A stretch of DNA of 64,000 nucleotides from Heterodontus francisci. Its lineage: Eukaryota. The DNA lies in NCBI RefSeq assembly GCF_036365525.1, contig NC_090388.1:31037518-31101517 (forward strand), given 5' to 3'. Position 1 is the first letter of the stretch, and each line of letters starts with the position of its first letter. The notes under the pieces were generated by a model that was not told the origin of the DNA, searched no databases, and saw only the letters and a program-made list of their open reading frames with translations. The translations under genes and the position numbers were made by a program. Below are positions 60,491-64,000 of this stretch, one piece after another.

Positions 60491-63400
60491 TGTGATGACA
60501 TACATATTAACGGAAATATATTTATATGATTATATTTAACATACTAACAAATATACTATCACAATATCCCCCATTCCCTTAAATAATAACCCATGTAGTA
60601 TAACATTAACATGTATCATAAGCAACTCTTATGCAATATAAGAAATTTAACAACTATAACACTAGTAACATAAAACATTGAACTGTAACAAGAACATTTG
60701 GAACACTCCTCTTCATGGTGTTGTCTACGTTTGGAACCATACTGGTCGTCAGCTGACTGGACCAGACCTTGTGATAATGGTATGTGGGTGTGTTCTTGAA
60801 CTGTCCGAACTCTCCTCCTGAAGATTGTGTTTGGGAGGGTTGTCCTCAGTTGTCAGTGTGTGTTGCTTGTTATTTTTGTCTGCAGAATATACACGGGTAT
60901 GTGCAGGCAATGCTGGTTGGTCACCTTGTGCATGAGAGTGCCCTGAGGTGAGATTGATTCCTTCGCAGTATTGCACCATTTGGTGTTGTCACCTCTGCTG
61001 GGATCTATGTCTGTTCTTGTGGGTGAAGGACCCTCTCCTTCTGGCCAATGTATAGTGGTGGTAATTCTACACTCGCATGCACATCATATGCATATTTCAT
61101 CGTGTCTTGTTTCTGATGTAACCGGTCTGTGATCGAGGATGACAGTGGGATGATAGCTTGGTAGTGTGGTTCTCACCGGTCGACCAAACATAATCTCAGC
61201 AGGTGATGGCAATCCAGAGTCTAATGGCATTGCATGAAGATGCAATAATACAACTTGGATATCTTGCCCGATTTCCAAACACTTTATCAGTGATTTGACT
61301 GTCCTGACCATACATTCAATCATCCCATTTGAACGAGGATATCGGGGTGGTGATGTGACATGATTGATGGACCATTATTCACACATATCCTGGAACGGTT
61401 TTCTGGTGTATTCTGGACCATTGTCGGATACCACTTCTACTGGGGCACCAAAAAGACTAAAGATGGCACTGACAGTGTTGGCCACTGCTGTATGTGAAGC
61501 TTCTGCACAATAGAACATTTGAAGAGACAGTCACCAGATGGTCTTCTCTGCCTACAGAGCACAGATCTGTTGCTATTTTAGTCCATGGTGACGATGGTAT
61601 GTCATGCAATTGGACAGTCTCTTTCTGTTGACTAGCCTGGTGTTCCTGCCACGCATCACAAGATCTTACCATCTGGTCAATATCCTTGCTGATGCTGGGC
61701 CAGAACACTGACTCACAGGCAAGCCATCTCGTTCTTTCTATTCCCATATATCCTTGGTGGAACTGTCAAAGTGTGTCAGACTGAAGTGTCGCTGGAATGA
61801 GTACTTGGCATTCTTTGAGCAGTACTCCATTGGATATACCGATTTCATCTCAATATGGCCAATACGTTCTCTGATCCGTAGGGATCTCCTGAATGGTCTC
61901 GGGCCAAATCTGTACAACGATCTGCCATAGAGCTCGGAGTATGGGGTCTTGAGAGATCTCCCTCTGGAGTTCCTCTCTCTTGTTTTGACTGAAGCGGGTG
62001 AGATCTACCTTGTAGACATCCTGCAATCTTGCACAGACCTCATCCACCTGGAAGTTGAATGGTATGGCTTGCACCTTCCCAGGGTTGGGCAGTCTACTTA
62101 GAATGTCTGAAATGACCATCTCACTACCGGGTTTGTATCCGACATCACAGTTGTAGCCTTGAATCTTGATGAGTAACCTCTGGAGTTGTGGTGGTGCACT
62201 CATAGCGGTTTTGTCCAGATCATCTCCAGTGGCTTATGATCTGTCTCGATCGTGAACTCTTTTCCAAATAAGTATATGTGGAAGCTGATGGTCCCGAAGA
62301 CAAGAGCGAGAGTTTCTTATTCGATGTTGGAGTAATTTGCTTGAACTGGCGACAGACCTGCTGTCTTGAAGAAAACTGGCACCGAGACCTTTCTGTGATG
62401 TGTCCACATCTAATGTTGTTGCCTTCTGAGGGTCATAGTATTAAAGACATGACTCAGCTGACGGTGCTTGTTTCAACACAATGCATGTTGGTAATGGTCC
62501 TGCTATAGGAATTGGGTGTCTTTCTTCAGCAGTTCTTTTAGTGGAGATGTCTTCTGCAAGAAGCTCTGTATGTATGCAGCAAGGAAGTTAAATAGACCTA
62601 GACACCTTTAGAGGTTGTCTTTGTCCTGCATTGTTGGCATTGACTGGATGTCTTCAATCTTCCCAGGATCCAGGTGGATACGTGAGCTTGTGTAAATGGC
62701 ATCTAAAGAATTGATATGATCAGCCTTAATGAAGCATCTTTGCTGTTGAAAACCAAACCTTCGCATCTGGTGGCTTCCATTAATAAGTGTAGGTTTCTGC
62801 AATGCTCTTCTTCCATACGTCCAACTATGGCGATGTCGTCCACAATACACACAGCCTGGGACTTGTTCCGTTATCTGGTCCATGTGCTGTTGAGATATAT
62901 TGACTGACCGGCAGCACAAATGGTAAACGGAGGAAACAGTACCTGCCAAAAGGAGTTCTGAATGCTCTTGTGACTCTCTTGACAAGTGTACGGACCAATA
63001 TCTGTTATTTGCGTCCAATTTGAAAAAGTAGTTCTGACAAACGTTGAGTTTGACTCTTCTAGCATTGATATCTTATCAGGACATCTCTTTAAGGCTTTGT
63101 TTAGCCTCCTCGGGTCTAAATACAATGGATTTGAACCCTGCTTCTTGATTGCAGTAGTGATGGCACTGCACCAGTCTATGATGTTGCACTCATCGAATGA
63201 TGCTTTGTTTTTCCATTCCATCCAATTCCATCTTAAAGTTTCTTGAATGTGCATGCTGCATTTTCATAGAGGGTTGAATGATGGCGTTGCACCTTCTTTA
63301 AGGTGTAGGACTGCACCCCCGTGGAAATTTCCAACCATGTTACACCAGTCTGAGGACAACCTCTGGAGCTCTTGTACCAATCCAGTGGGTGTGCACCTGT

Positions 63401-64000
63401 TTTGACTGCTGTGGTCTTCTGACTGGGTCAGCTCATGGATGGTAACCATGTTAAGTTCATTGTATGCTGGCAACCCTGCTACTGCTGGTCCTGACACATC
63501 CATATGTAGAATATCTGAGTAGACTATGTTGACTCTTTGCATCTGCATTCCAGGGCTAGGGAACTTAGGCACTTTTATTGTTGAGCCATCAATGCTTGTG
63601 GGTTGGACTACAGACTTCCATGCCTTGTGGTACATGGCCTTAAAAATGTGGAGAGGTAGAGTGTTGGCACTTGTACCTGTGTCAGTGTTCACTCTCAGTC
63701 AATGCCGTCAGTCATACTGGGGCAGATGATCTGTAAGATTGCAAAAGCTTCCATTTTGTTAACGGAATCGACCTGTTCCGCTAAGGTGATCGTTTGAAAT
63801 AGCTGTTCACCTACAGTGTCTTCACCTCAATCCACGCCCTCCATTTTGGTCAGGTGTTCCCCCATTTCATGGATAGGTCTATGCTTTTGGCGATGTTTGG
63901 ACGTGCCTTGGCTCCATTTGCCTCTGGGTGGCCTACTTCTGCGGTTTGAGCACTTCACACTCTGGCTTCTCCCCATGTTCCTACTGCTGGAATTTCTGCA
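60491..64000 (-). mobile_element. Degraded Ty3/Gypsy LTR retrotransposon, antisense in HELB intron, runs off the window end
   Basis: Minus-strand order: protease (DTGTSANTLP), RT (LDPRRLNKAL, DANNRYWSV), RNase H/linker (YKPGSEMVISDILSR), integrase (VFWPSI..C, PWTKIATD, SPAEIMFGR). Then PPT AAGGGAATGGGGGATAT and 3' LTR 60491-60563 (TGTGAT...ATCACA). Confidence 0.92.

Overview
Vertebrate genomic DNA, most likely a cartilaginous fish (shark), inferred from HE1/V-SINE-type SINEs and abundant CR1 LINEs. It holds two divergently oriented spliced genes. TMBIM4 (GAAP/LFG4) is complete on the minus strand (7 exons, CDS 18072->6046, 705 nt, 234 aa). HELB (DNA helicase B) is on the plus strand with 10 coding exons visible (34740->59290, 780 codons) and continues past the window end. 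I saw no IRAK3 exons in the 16.7 kb between them, where IRAK3 lies in human. The rest is mostly mobile elements: CR1 and L2 LINEs, a young RTE, a Tx1-like insertion, V-SINEs, a hAT-type MITE, solo LTRs and a Gypsy remnant. Two systems stand out. (1) A single-ORF LINE family with a tRNA-like (B-box) head and no TTTT on the sense strand of its 3 kb copy, present as near-full-length, internally deleted and SINE-sized forms; it is a candidate RNA polymerase III-transcribed LINE. (2) A dispersed Penelope-like repeat carrying minimal hammerhead ribozyme motifs with a covarying stem II. All calls come from manual reading; repeat boundaries without a target-site duplication (TSD) are approximate.
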